Below are positions 56,040 through 64,000 of a stretch of 64,000 nt of DNA, piece after piece. Numbering within the stretch: position 1 is the first letter of the stretch; the number at the start of each line of letters is the position of its first letter. The notes beneath the pieces were generated by a model that did no database searches, was not told the DNA's origin, and saw only the letters and a program-made list of their open reading frames with translations. Position numbers and translations under genes: made by a program. The DNA lies in assembly GCA_965209055.1 (NCBI GenBank), contig OZ242374.1, positions 2,208,001 through 2,272,000 of the forward strand. Direction: 5' to 3'. The stretch comes from Acidobacteriota bacterium. GTDB lineage: Bacteria; Acidobacteriota; UBA6911; RPQK01; JAJDTT01.

Positions 56040-56450
56040 ATGAAGGTTCTGGAACATGTGGCAATCGTGGCGGACGATCCTGAGAGCTTGGCGGACTGGT
56101 ATTGCCAGACCCTGGGTTTCGAGCTCCTGTCGAAAGGGACCGTCGTTCTCGGCGATACGGAAATCGACTATCACTTTCTGGGTTTGTCCGGTGGAGCTCT
56201 GCTCGAGATCCTCAACTCCAACGGCAAGGCCCGGACCCGGAAAGAGGACGACGACGCCGGGATCAGGCACATTGCATTCCTGGTGGAGGATATGGACGCC
56301 TCTCGCCGCGATCTGCAGGAGAAGGGGATTGCAGTCGAACCGACCCGGGAGCTGCCGAACGGCACCAAGCTGACGTTTTTCCGGGACCCGGAGGACAATA
56401 TCCTCCAGCTCGTCTATCGCACTGCGCCCGTGCGGCCCTGGCTGGCGTGA
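56040..56450 (+). CDS. VOC (glyoxalase-like) family protein
   Basis: LEHVAI..WYCQTLGF, LLEI, GIRHIAFLVED, FFRDPEDNILQL. Confidence 0.85.
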   Translation: MKVLEHVAIVADDPESLADWYCQTLGFELLSKGTVVLGDTEIDYHFLGLSGGALLEILNSNGKARTRKEDDDAGIRHIAFLVEDMDASRRDLQEKGIAVEPTRELPNGTKLTFFRDPEDNILQLVYRTAPVRPWLA

Positions 56451-56505
56451 CGAAGCCCGTCAGGGTACGGGAATCCGTTTGCGGGCATTCTCCGGCAGGC
56501 GAATA

Positions 56506-57525
56506 TCAGCGTCCGGTCCAGGAACGGTAGACAGCCAGTCCCACCAGGGCGTTGCAGGTCGTGTTGAGCCGGAGGTCCAGTGACTGGCCCGGTTGTCCGC
56601 CGCCCACGGCGTCGCCCCACCACTGCCCGTCCGGCTGTTGGCTCCGGATCAGATAGGCGGCGATCCGGCGGGCCGCCCGCCGGTAGCGATCCTCGGGAGA
56701 CACCTGGTACAGCTCGGCGAGGCCCCAGAGGAACTTGTGGGATTCCACGCAGTCGTAGATCCCGTCTCTTCCGGTCAGGACGGCGTCCGTGTAGGTCCGC
56801 GCCGCGTCGAGATAGCGGTTTTTCCGGGTCAGCCGATAAAGGCGCACTAACAGCACCTGGACCGGTCCCAGGCGGGCGGGCCGTTGTTTGAACCCGTCGC
56901 GGTCCACGAAGTCCCTGCTGGTCCGTTCCAGGAGCAATTCCTGGGTGCCGTCCGCACGGTGGTTGGCCGCCAGAAAGAGCCCCTCTTGAGGGCGGGGCTG
57001 GAGTTTCAACAGGTTGATGAGAAAGTCACCCGCCCGCCGAGCGGCGGCAACGTGGCGGGTGGAGAGAAGGCCCAGGCCGGCGAACCCCGCGGTCATGGCG
57101 TGCTGAACGCCTTCTCCCTCGCGTAGATCGGCCGCTCTGTCCAGGAAACCGCCACTCTCCCGGTCCTGATACTCGAGAATTTCCTCGGCGAGTGGGAAGG
57201 CGATGTCGTAGCGGCCGCAGATCCCGGCGCCCCAGACCAGCCAGCCCCGGTCGTAGACGTTGGTGAGCCGGGACGCCTCCTGCTCCGGCGGAATCGCAAG
57301 TTGGCCACGGTTTCCCAGGAAACGGGAGGCAACCCAGTCGAGGCAGGAGCACGCCCGGTCGAAGGCGCCGTTGACGGCGAGGCTGCCGGGAACCTTGTAG
57401 TAGAGGGAAGCGTGGCCCGAGTCCTGGATGCTACCCTCATCATCCATCAGGGACCGGAGCCAGCGGCATGCTGAATTCAGGCTCTCGGACAACTCCTGAT
57501 CGGTGGGAACACGGCTCGGTTTCAT
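56506..57525 (-). CDS. Hypothetical alpha/alpha-toroid protein (prenyltransferase/six-hairpin-like)
   Basis: RBS GGAGG; YQDRESGGF, RLYRLT..RYLDAAR, ELYQVS..RYRRAA, SQQPDGQW helical repeats. Confidence 0.55.
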   Translation of the reverse strand: MKPSRVPTDQELSESLNSACRWLRSLMDDEGSIQDSGHASLYYKVPGSLAVNGAFDRACSCLDWVASRFLGNRGQLAIPPEQEASRLTNVYDRGWLVWGAGICGRYDIAFPLAEEILEYQDRESGGFLDRAADLREGEGVQHAMTAGFAGLGLLSTRHVAAARRAGDFLINLLKLQPRPQEGLFLAANHRADGTQELLLERTSRDFVDRDGFKQRPARLGPVQVLLVRLYRLTRKNRYLDAARTYTDAVLTGRDGIYDCVESHKFLWGLAELYQVSPEDRYRRAARRIAAYLIRSQQPDGQWWGDAVGGGQPGQSLDLRLNTTCNALVGLAVYRSWTGR

Positions 57526-57587
57526 GCCTCCCAGGGATTTACTGTATTTGCCTCTCATCACTCGGCAGGGGCAAGGACCGGTACGCT

Positions 57588-59273
57588 TCAGTCCCAGGCC
57601 TTGGGTGCGATGCCTTCGATGTGGGTCTTGACGTCGATCACGGCGGGCCGGTCGGCAGCCAACGCCTGCTCCAGGGCGCCGGCCAGCTCGCTCGGCTTGT
57701 TGACCTGAATCCCGAAGCAGCCCATGGACTCGGCGATCTTGGCGAAGTCGGCGTCGGTGAGTCTCCAGAGCAGATCGGACCCCGGCTGGCGGCCGCCGTA
57801 GATCCTTTCGTTGAGGTCCTTCTCCTGGTTCAGTGAGGCATTGTTGTTGATCAGCGTCACCATGTGGATGCCGTAGCGGAGCGCCGTATCCCATTCCGTC
57901 ATGTGGTACCAGACGCCGCCGTCTCCGGTGAAGCAGATGACGGGCCGGTCTCCGGCGGCGCACTTGGCCCCGATGGCTGCGGGAATCCCCCATCCCAGGG
58001 ATCCGGCGCAACGGATGTAGGATTGATTCGCCGACGTCAGGTCCACCAGGGTGCCGGTCCAGATGCCCGCATGCCCGGTGTCGGACACGAGAATGGCGTC
58101 GTCCGGAAGGAGCCGGGTCAACTCCTTGCACAGCCGTTCCGGCCGCATGGGAAGCAGATCGGAGTTGACCATGGGCGCCACTTCGTCCCGCCACTCCTGG
58201 ACCAGTTGGTGAACGCGGGCGATCCAACCGGCGCGGGACCGGGCCAGCTCCGAGGACTCGACGCCGCTGGAGTGGGTCAGCATCTTGCTCAGTCCGGCCC
58301 GGGCGTCTCCCTGCATGCCGGCCGAGATGGGGAAGGACCGCCCCAGCTCGGCCGGATCGATGTCCAGTTGGACGACCCGGGTTCCGGGCCGGGGGACCCG
58401 CCAGTCGTTGGTCACCTGACCGCCGGTGTGGCTTCCCACGAAGAAGACCAGGTCCGCTTCGGCCAGGGCCCGGTTGGCGCAGGTGCGGGAGTATTGGCCC
58501 GAAACACCGACGGCCAGCGGGTGGTCGAAGGGGAAGGTCTCCTTGGCGTTCAGGGAGGTGATGACGGGCAGTTGAAGCCGCTCCGAGAGTTCCACCAGTT
58601 CCTGGCCCGCCCCGGAGACGGTCACGCCGCCCCCCGCCACCACGATGGGCCGGCTGGCTTTGACCAGCAACTCAATGGCGTCGAGCACGGGCGGCAACTC
58701 CGGCTCGGGTCGAAACGGTGGAATTTGGGCGAAGGGCTCTTCCACCACGACCTCCAGGTCGGCCTCCCCGCTCATCACCTCTCCGCCGAAGATCCCCCAC
58801 AACTCCAGGTTGGTGGGCCGAGGCGTCGCCGTCGTGGCTTCCCGAATGGCTTGGCGAAGAAAGCGGGGAAAATGGTCCACTGCGGTCACGGCCATGCTGT
58901 ACTTGGTCACGGCGGTGAAGGGGGCCGTGTGATCGACTTCCTGATAGGCGTTCCGGTCCTGGCGGATTTGCGGAAGCCGCCCCGTCAGCGCCAGGACCGG
59001 CGAACAGGCCAGATAGGCATCCTGGAGTCCGGCCGCGAGGTTCAGGGCGCCCACCGACTGGGCGCCGCAAACGCCGATCCCCCGGCGCACCCGGGCGTAC
59101 CCGTCGGCCATGTAGGCCGCCGCCTTCTCGCCGTGGGTCATAACTCTGGCGATGCCCATCTGCTCCATTTCGGGCATGGCCTCGGGGATGACCACCGGCA
59201 TGAAGAAGAAGTGAGTGACGCCGTACCCGTGGAGGGTCTCGGCCAGGAAGCGGGCGCCCGTCATCGTTGGCAT
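57588..59273 (-). CDS. Thiamine diphosphate-dependent enzyme (acetolactate synthase-like family)
   Basis: HGEKAAAYMADGYAR, EADLVFFVGS, GSLGWGIPAAIGAK, GDGG..NN ThDP motif. Confidence 0.9.
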   Translation of the reverse strand: MPTMTGARFLAETLHGYGVTHFFFMPVVIPEAMPEMEQMGIARVMTHGEKAAAYMADGYARVRRGIGVCGAQSVGALNLAAGLQDAYLACSPVLALTGRLPQIRQDRNAYQEVDHTAPFTAVTKYSMAVTAVDHFPRFLRQAIREATTATPRPTNLELWGIFGGEVMSGEADLEVVVEEPFAQIPPFRPEPELPPVLDAIELLVKASRPIVVAGGGVTVSGAGQELVELSERLQLPVITSLNAKETFPFDHPLAVGVSGQYSRTCANRALAEADLVFFVGSHTGGQVTNDWRVPRPGTRVVQLDIDPAELGRSFPISAGMQGDARAGLSKMLTHSSGVESSELARSRAGWIARVHQLVQEWRDEVAPMVNSDLLPMRPERLCKELTRLLPDDAILVSDTGHAGIWTGTLVDLTSANQSYIRCAGSLGWGIPAAIGAKCAAGDRPVICFTGDGGVWYHMTEWDTALRYGIHMVTLINNNASLNQEKDLNERIYGGRQPGSDLLWRLTDADFAKIAESMGCFGIQVNKPSELAGALEQALAADRPAVIDVKTHIEGIAPKAWD

Positions 59274-59437
59274 AGGAAAGCGTCTCCCGGGATGCGCTTT
59301 GCCGATTTCAGCGCTGGGAACGCCTTGATCGGACCTGTTTATGATCCAGTTTTTCCGGGCTCAGTTTACTATGCGCCCATAGGGAAAGTCGCCGCAGCCG
59401 GCGGCCGGCCCGGCATCCAGGCGGTCCGCTCCATCCT

Positions 59438-59480
59438 GAAACGAAAACGGGCAACCACCAGGGTTGCCCGTGTTCGTTTC
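59438..59480 (-). terminator. Intrinsic terminator of the 710-aa FecR-like gene (possibly bidirectional)
   Basis: ACGGGCAACC-N5-GGTTGCCCGT followed on minus strand by TTTCGTTTC; flanks extend the palindrome. Confidence 0.8.
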
Positions 59481-59496
59481 CATGTTCGACCCGGAA

Positions 59497-61629
59497 TCAC
59501 CGTTGGCGCCTGGATGAACGTCGAGAGCCGGAACTGCGACTGGAAGATCCGGATGATCGGGGCGCGGACCGGACCTGGGAACCGGATGGCCTGCTTCTCG
59601 GCGGCGACGGAGCGCGATATGAGGGAGTCGACCTGGGAGCAGGCCGTGATCGCACCGAGGGACGAGAGCTTGAACGCGACGAGGACCGGACTGACGGACG
59701 CGAGACCGTCCGCTGGGAAGTGGATCTCGACCTGGAGACCGAGGGCCTTGCCTGGTTGCGGGGGGCGCGTCGGGTGACGGACCCACGCGATCCGGGCGCG
59801 GACCGGGAAATACTCCGGCTCGGAGAAGCGGGCCGGGACGATTGCGGAGTCCGGTTCGGAGTGCGGCTGACGCTCGGACCAGACCGTCCGCTCGACCGGG
59901 AATCGGGACGCTGCCGGGAGAAGGTGCCCGTGGGCCCGGTCCGATTGGGACGCGTGACGAACGAAGGCCGGGATGGAGTCCGGCCGCGAGAGCCCTTGGA
60001 AACGTTATCGGGAGCGGCGACCGGAGGTTTTGACAACTGCCGGTTGCTGCGGTTGGTGAAAGACCCTCTGGACCCGGGCGCGGACCGGGAAAGATTCCGG
60101 CTCGGAGCAGTGGTACGGGTCGTTTGCGGCGCCCGCGAAGGAGTGCGGATGACATTGACTGCGGACCGCCCGCTCCGCTGGGAATCGGACCGTTGCCGAA
60201 CAGTCGATGGGGCGGACCTGGATCGATCGGAGCGGGTCACGGCCGATCGCCGGGAGGGGGCACGGACGACCGAGCCTTTGGAACCGCTCCTGGCGACGCC
60301 GGAACGCCGGGAACCGGTACCCACGAGACGATCACGAGTTCTGGAAGCCGACCTCGAGGAGCGGACGCCGCTTCTCGAATAGACGGCATTCGGTCCCCGC
60401 CCGCGTGGACGCCGGAGATCTCTGGGGAGTCCCTCCCGGAATCTGCCCACGATGGCGTTGGACGCAACGACTCGAGTCCTTCCTGGTCCTCTTCCCAGAT
60501 CGCGCCCATGAACGACGGTCAGCCCGTTGGAGCGGTCTCGAGGATTCCAATTCCTGAAGATGTTGTTGTTGACCACGACGGTCGTGTTGCCGCGCCCCCG
60601 GCGGCCCCTTCCGTAGTAGCCTCTCGGCGCCCAACCGACGTAACCGTTTCCCCAGTAGAAGTCGACGTGAGCCGCATGCCAGCGGTTGAATCCGCCGGGC
60701 ACCCAAGCCCACCGGGCCCGGGGCCCGTAATAGATCCAGCGCCCGTAGTGGTAGGGCAGCCAGCCCCAGGGCTCGTAGCTGACCCAGGTCCACCCGCCGG
60801 CGAGGAAACACCACCGTCCATGCCGAAACGGCGTCCATCCCACCGCGACGGCGGGTACCCAGACGTGCCCGTGGGAGCCGTAGCGAGTCCAGTGGCCATG
60901 ACGGTCCAGTGAGTGGACGCCTGGATAGTCGACTCCACCCAGGTATCCGGTGGAACGGCTGCTGACCAGAAGGGCGTCCCTGCGCCCGCTCCAGAGCTCG
61001 AAGTCGTCCAGATCGCGAACCAGCGCCTGGATTCCGACCTGGCGAGCGTCCAGCAGCAATTCCTGTCCGGTCTCGACTCTTTCTTTCCCGTGCCGGCTGT
61101 TGACTTCGGCCCGTCCCTTGTGGACCACCAGGCGCATGGTGCCGTCGGGATTGACCTGGATCCGGTAGAGTCCTTTCTTGCGGATCCTCATCGTGGCCAG
61201 TTCCATGTCCAGATAGACCGAACCGGCATCATTCACCCGGAGGATCAGGTCGCCCTGGTGAATCTTCAGAAGGGTCTTTTTCCGGGACAGCTCCGTGAAA
61301 AAAACATCGGTTTCTCCGGAGATCCGGACGAAGTTGCCCTCCCCCAATTCCACCTCGATCCGCGAATCGGGATGAGCGACGATCCGGTCGCCGCTGACCA
61401 GCGGAAGATTGAGCGTCACCTCGCTCCAGTCCACGTCGCCGGAAGACTCGTAGGCGGCGCGGCCGTCCATGAAGCTGACCCGGGCCGGATGGTCCCGGCC
61501 GGCCGATACCCAGGTGGTGGAAAATCCTATGGTCAGGATCAGGAGCGCGGCCAACGGAACCAGCCGGTCCCCTCGCCACGCCCTCGAGTTTTCGGAAATG
61601 CCTGCCGGGTTGGATGTTGGTTTATTCAT
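59497..61629 (-). CDS. Exported FecR-like + W-rich (DUF6600-like) protein with about 300-aa Arg/Ser/Pro-rich tail
   Basis: Signal peptide; ARVSFMDG, NLPLVSGDRI, LDRHGHW, GWTPFRHGRW, WVSYEPWGWLPYHYGRW, WAWVPG. Confidence 0.8.
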   Translation of the reverse strand: MNKPTSNPAGISENSRAWRGDRLVPLAALLILTIGFSTTWVSAGRDHPARVSFMDGRAAYESSGDVDWSEVTLNLPLVSGDRIVAHPDSRIEVELGEGNFVRISGETDVFFTELSRKKTLLKIHQGDLILRVNDAGSVYLDMELATMRIRKKGLYRIQVNPDGTMRLVVHKGRAEVNSRHGKERVETGQELLLDARQVGIQALVRDLDDFELWSGRRDALLVSSRSTGYLGGVDYPGVHSLDRHGHWTRYGSHGHVWVPAVAVGWTPFRHGRWCFLAGGWTWVSYEPWGWLPYHYGRWIYYGPRARWAWVPGGFNRWHAAHVDFYWGNGYVGWAPRGYYGRGRRGRGNTTVVVNNNIFRNWNPRDRSNGLTVVHGRDLGRGPGRTRVVASNAIVGRFREGLPRDLRRPRGRGPNAVYSRSGVRSSRSASRTRDRLVGTGSRRSGVARSGSKGSVVRAPSRRSAVTRSDRSRSAPSTVRQRSDSQRSGRSAVNVIRTPSRAPQTTRTTAPSRNLSRSAPGSRGSFTNRSNRQLSKPPVAAPDNVSKGSRGRTPSRPSFVTRPNRTGPTGTFSRQRPDSRSSGRSGPSVSRTPNRTPQSSRPASPSRSISRSAPGSRGSVTRRAPRNQARPSVSRSRSTSQRTVSRPSVRSSSRSSSRPSVRSRPAPRSTPSYRAPSPPRSRPSGSQVRSAPRSSGSSSRSSGSRRSSRRQR

Positions 61630-61646
61630 GATGGCCTCACATCATT

Positions 61647-61675
61647 CAGACGGAGTGCATCGCTGCTCGGTTCAA
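61647..61675 (-). promoter_or_regulatory. ECF sigma-type promoter
   Basis: TTGAACC-N16-CGTCTG, ending 17 nt before ATG; same geometry at 63565-63593. Confidence 0.7.
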
Positions 61676-61721
61676 TTGACCGGTGCACCGTCTTGGCAGC
61701 CAACCTCATCTTGAAATGCCT

Positions 61722-61755
61722 GAAACGAAAACGGGCAACCAAGCAGGTTGCCCGT
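61722..61755 (-). terminator. Intrinsic terminator of the 578-aa paralog
   Basis: ACGGGCAACC-N5-GGTTGCCCGT + TTTCGTTTC; 22 bp identical to 59435-59456. Confidence 0.8.
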
Positions 61756-61810
61756 GTCTATCCATCGTGATGCCCTTGCGCATCTGAGCGCTATGCAAGC
61801 AAGGCTTGAA

Positions 61811-63547
61811 TCAGTTCCGGCTTCGGGAGGTGCTCCGAGAGCGGGACGCGCCTCCGGAAGATCCGGATTGCCTGGGAGGGGACTGTACCCGTGGGCTGGT
61901 CGAACGGCTGAACGACGGTGCCGATCGGTAAGTGGGAGTCGTCCTGTTGTAGGTCGGCACCGATGATGGTGTCCGTGACCTGGATCCCGAAGAGGATCGG
62001 ACCGACGGGCCGGTAAAGGTCGGCGAATTGCCGGATCTGGATCGTCTCGAACTCCAGACCGATGGCCTGGATGCGTTGCGGCTGCTGCGGGTACTGAACG
62101 ATCCTCTGGTGCCAGGCGATGTGCGAGAAAAGCTACGGCTCGACGACCTTGACCGGAAAGATTGCTGGGCCTGGGTCCGCGTGCCGTCGGTTCCGCTCCT
62201 GGCGACGCTGGGGCGTCGAGAGCCGCCGCCTGCGACTCCCTCCCGGGAAATCCCGGTGGGCCGGGATGCCGATCTGGAGGAGCGGACGTCACTCCTCGAA
62301 AGGGCGGAGCTGCGATTCCAGACACGGGAACGCCGAAGGTCTCTGGGCAGACCTTTCCGGAGACCACCCACGACGGCGTCGGAGGCCAAGACGCGGGTCC
62401 TTGTTGGTTCCCGGCCCAAGTCGTTCCGGTGAACGACGGTCAGGCCGTTGGAACGATCACGCGGATTCCGATTCGCCAAGGTATTGTTTGGGCCCACCGT
62501 GGTCGGATTTGCGCCTCCGATGCCCCTCCCGTAGTAGCCTCGGGGCGCCCAACCGAAGTAGTCGCCTCCCCAATAGAAGTCCACAAGTGCCGGTCGCCAT
62601 CGGTTGAACCCACCCGGCACCCAGGCCCAACGGCCCATGGGCCCGTAATAGATCCAGCGTCCGTAGTGGTAGGGGAGCCAGCCCCAGGGTTCATGGCTCA
62701 TCCAAGTCAGTCCGGTGGAAAGATAGCTCCACCGTCCGTATCGGAACGGAGCCCATCCCACCGAGGCGTCGGGCACCCAGACGTGCCCGTAACTGCCGGC
62801 GTTAGCCCAGTAGCCATGCTCGTCCAACGACTGGACCCCGGGAAAGTCAACACCTCCCAGGTATGCGGCGGAACGGCTGCTGACCATCGCGGCGTCACGC
62901 TGACCGCTCCAGAGCTCGAAATCGTCCAGATCCCGAACCAGCGCCTGAATTCCGATCCGGCGTGCGTCCAGAAGCAACTGTTGCCCCGTTTCCACTCGCT
63001 TCTTCCCGTGCCGGCTGCTGATTTCAGCCCGGCCCTCGTGGACCACCAGGCGGATCGAGCCGTCGGGATCGACTTGGATTCGGTAATGTCCCTTCTGGCG
63101 AATCTTGACCGAGGCCTGGTCCAGCTCGACCTGGATGCGGCCGGCGTCGTTCACCCGCAGGATCAGGTCTCCCTCGTGAAGCCTCAGGATCGTCTGCTTC
63201 CGGGACAGGTCAGGGAAGAGAACATCCGTCTCTCCGGAGATTCGAACGAAGTTTCCGTCCCCCAACTCCACCTCGATCCGCGAGCCGGGGTGGCCCATGA
63301 TCCGGTCGCCGCTGACCAGCGGCAGATTGAGCGCCACCTCGTTCCAGTCCACGTCACCCGCAGTCTCATAGGCGGCGGTGCCGTCCATGAAGCTGACCCG
63401 GGACGGATGGTCCCGTCCGGCCGAAACCCACGAGGCGAAATTGCCCGCAATCAGGACAAGGAACGCACTCAACAGAGCCGTTCGGCTCCACTGTCGCGGT
63501 CTTGAGCGTGTGGAATCACCGGTGGAAACTGGGGATGAGGTTTTCAT
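61811..63547 (-). CDS. Exported FecR-like + W-rich (DUF6600-like) protein with Arg/Ser-rich tail; tandem paralog
   Basis: RBS GGGAGG; same motifs as 59497-61629, shorter tail. Confidence 0.8.
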   Translation of the reverse strand: MKTSSPVSTGDSTRSRPRQWSRTALLSAFLVLIAGNFASWVSAGRDHPSRVSFMDGTAAYETAGDVDWNEVALNLPLVSGDRIMGHPGSRIEVELGDGNFVRISGETDVLFPDLSRKQTILRLHEGDLILRVNDAGRIQVELDQASVKIRQKGHYRIQVDPDGSIRLVVHEGRAEISSRHGKKRVETGQQLLLDARRIGIQALVRDLDDFELWSGQRDAAMVSSRSAAYLGGVDFPGVQSLDEHGYWANAGSYGHVWVPDASVGWAPFRYGRWSYLSTGLTWMSHEPWGWLPYHYGRWIYYGPMGRWAWVPGGFNRWRPALVDFYWGGDYFGWAPRGYYGRGIGGANPTTVGPNNTLANRNPRDRSNGLTVVHRNDLGREPTRTRVLASDAVVGGLRKGLPRDLRRSRVWNRSSALSRSDVRSSRSASRPTGISREGVAGGGSRRPSVARSGTDGTRTQAQQSFRSRSSSRSFSRTSPGTRGSFSTRSSRNASRPSVWSSRRSRSGNSPTFTGPSVRSSSGSRSRTPSSVPTYNRTTPTYRSAPSFSRSTSPRVQSPPRQSGSSGGASRSRSTSRSRN

Positions 63548-63564
63548 GATTGCCTCCCATTATA

Positions 63565-63593
63565 CAGACGGAGGCACTCTTTGCCTGGTTCAA
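63565..63593 (-). promoter_or_regulatory. ECF sigma-type promoter
   Basis: TTGAACC-N16-CGTCTG, 17 nt before ATG. Confidence 0.7.
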
Positions 63594-63634
63594 TCTTGAG
63601 ATTAAGTTTTTGTCGATTTTCCTGACTTGGCTCC

Positions 63635-64000
63635 TTAGCGAGTAAGTTCGTAGGTGCCCTTCAAATTCGAGTCATCCCGGAACAGTACGATCCAACTGCC
63701 GGAAACCGAATTCGACTCGAATGAGAAGTCGTCGTGTCCCATCGACATGGTCACCTCTTCGGCATAGAAAGGATCTTCAACAATCGTAAAAGCCAGCCGG
63801 AGGAAGCCATTCTCCAGTTCGCCGTTGACCAGACTCACCTTTGGATTTTCTATGGCTTCCCCGTCCAACTCCAAGATCATCATGTAACCGCGAATGAAAA
63901 AGCCCTCGGCCCAGAGAGAGAGTTCACCGGTGGCGTAGCTTTCTTCGACGTCAAGGCGAACCGAGTAGGTGACCGGGGTCGGATCCAGAGGAAGGCTGGA
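63635..64000 (-). CDS. Hypothetical protein, C-terminal part; runs off window end
   Basis: Frame is open from 64000 (SSLPLDPTPVTYSVRLDVEES...) to TAA at 63635; beta-strand-rich, lower GC. Confidence 0.6.
   Translation of the reverse strand, partial: SSLPLDPTPVTYSVRLDVEESYATGELSLWAEGFFIRGYMMILELDGEAIENPKVSLVNGELENGFLRLAFTIVEDPFYAEEVTMSMGHDDFSFESNSVSGSWIVLFRDDSNLKGTYELTR

Noticed and set aside
59274-59434. TPP riboswitch upstream of the ThDP enzyme
   Set aside because: No CTGAGA and CCTGA..GCGTAGGGA core in correct order on the coding strand
130-63505. Many long alternative ORFs in the track (e.g. 936-2237 -, 42241-44367 -, 57864-59777 +, 62162-63505 +) and long N-terminal extensions (30486, 22120, 18747, 58227)
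   Set aside because: Antisense or off-frame shadows of well-supported genes, expected in high-GC DNA; no family motifs

Overview
GC-rich bacterial chromosome segment. The gene content (lpxC, TonB-dependent receptor, amidase-GerMN-rph-rdgB, DUF1592/DUF1552/ankyrin, CRTAC1-like and FG-GAP proteins) suggests Acidobacteriota or a similar diderm lineage; this is inference. It holds about 55 genes and two divergent tRNAs (Leu-TAG, Pro-TGG). Housekeeping blocks (moeB/thiF, lpxC, amidase-gerMN-rph-rdgB, yyaL, queC, sixA-CHAD-ppk1) alternate with a large accessory carbohydrate/organic-acid catabolism landscape: five paralogous Asp-box beta-propeller proteins, FG-GAP proteins, a sulfatase, two Na+/solute symporters, Tat-exported Gfo/Idh/MocA enzymes, a divergent transaldolase, a galactonate-dehydratase-like enzyme, a SelA-like PLP enzyme and a ThDP enzyme. 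No CRISPR array, integrase or intact transposase was seen. The most notable signals read directly from the DNA are: (1) a tandemly duplicated transcription unit (ECF-type promoter, exported FecR-like/W-rich protein with a very long Arg/Ser tail, terminator); (2) a sigma54 promoter with two tandem TGTG-N10-CACA enhancer sites in front of lpxC; (3) a dispersed REP-like palindrome family at four loci; (4) three orphan antitoxin-like genes, one followed by a decayed PIN-toxin stub; (5) a transaldolase-fold enzyme with an altered phosphate site; and (6) a pair of small zinc-ribbon ORFs behind tRNA-Leu. All family assignments come from motif recognition by eye, not database searches.
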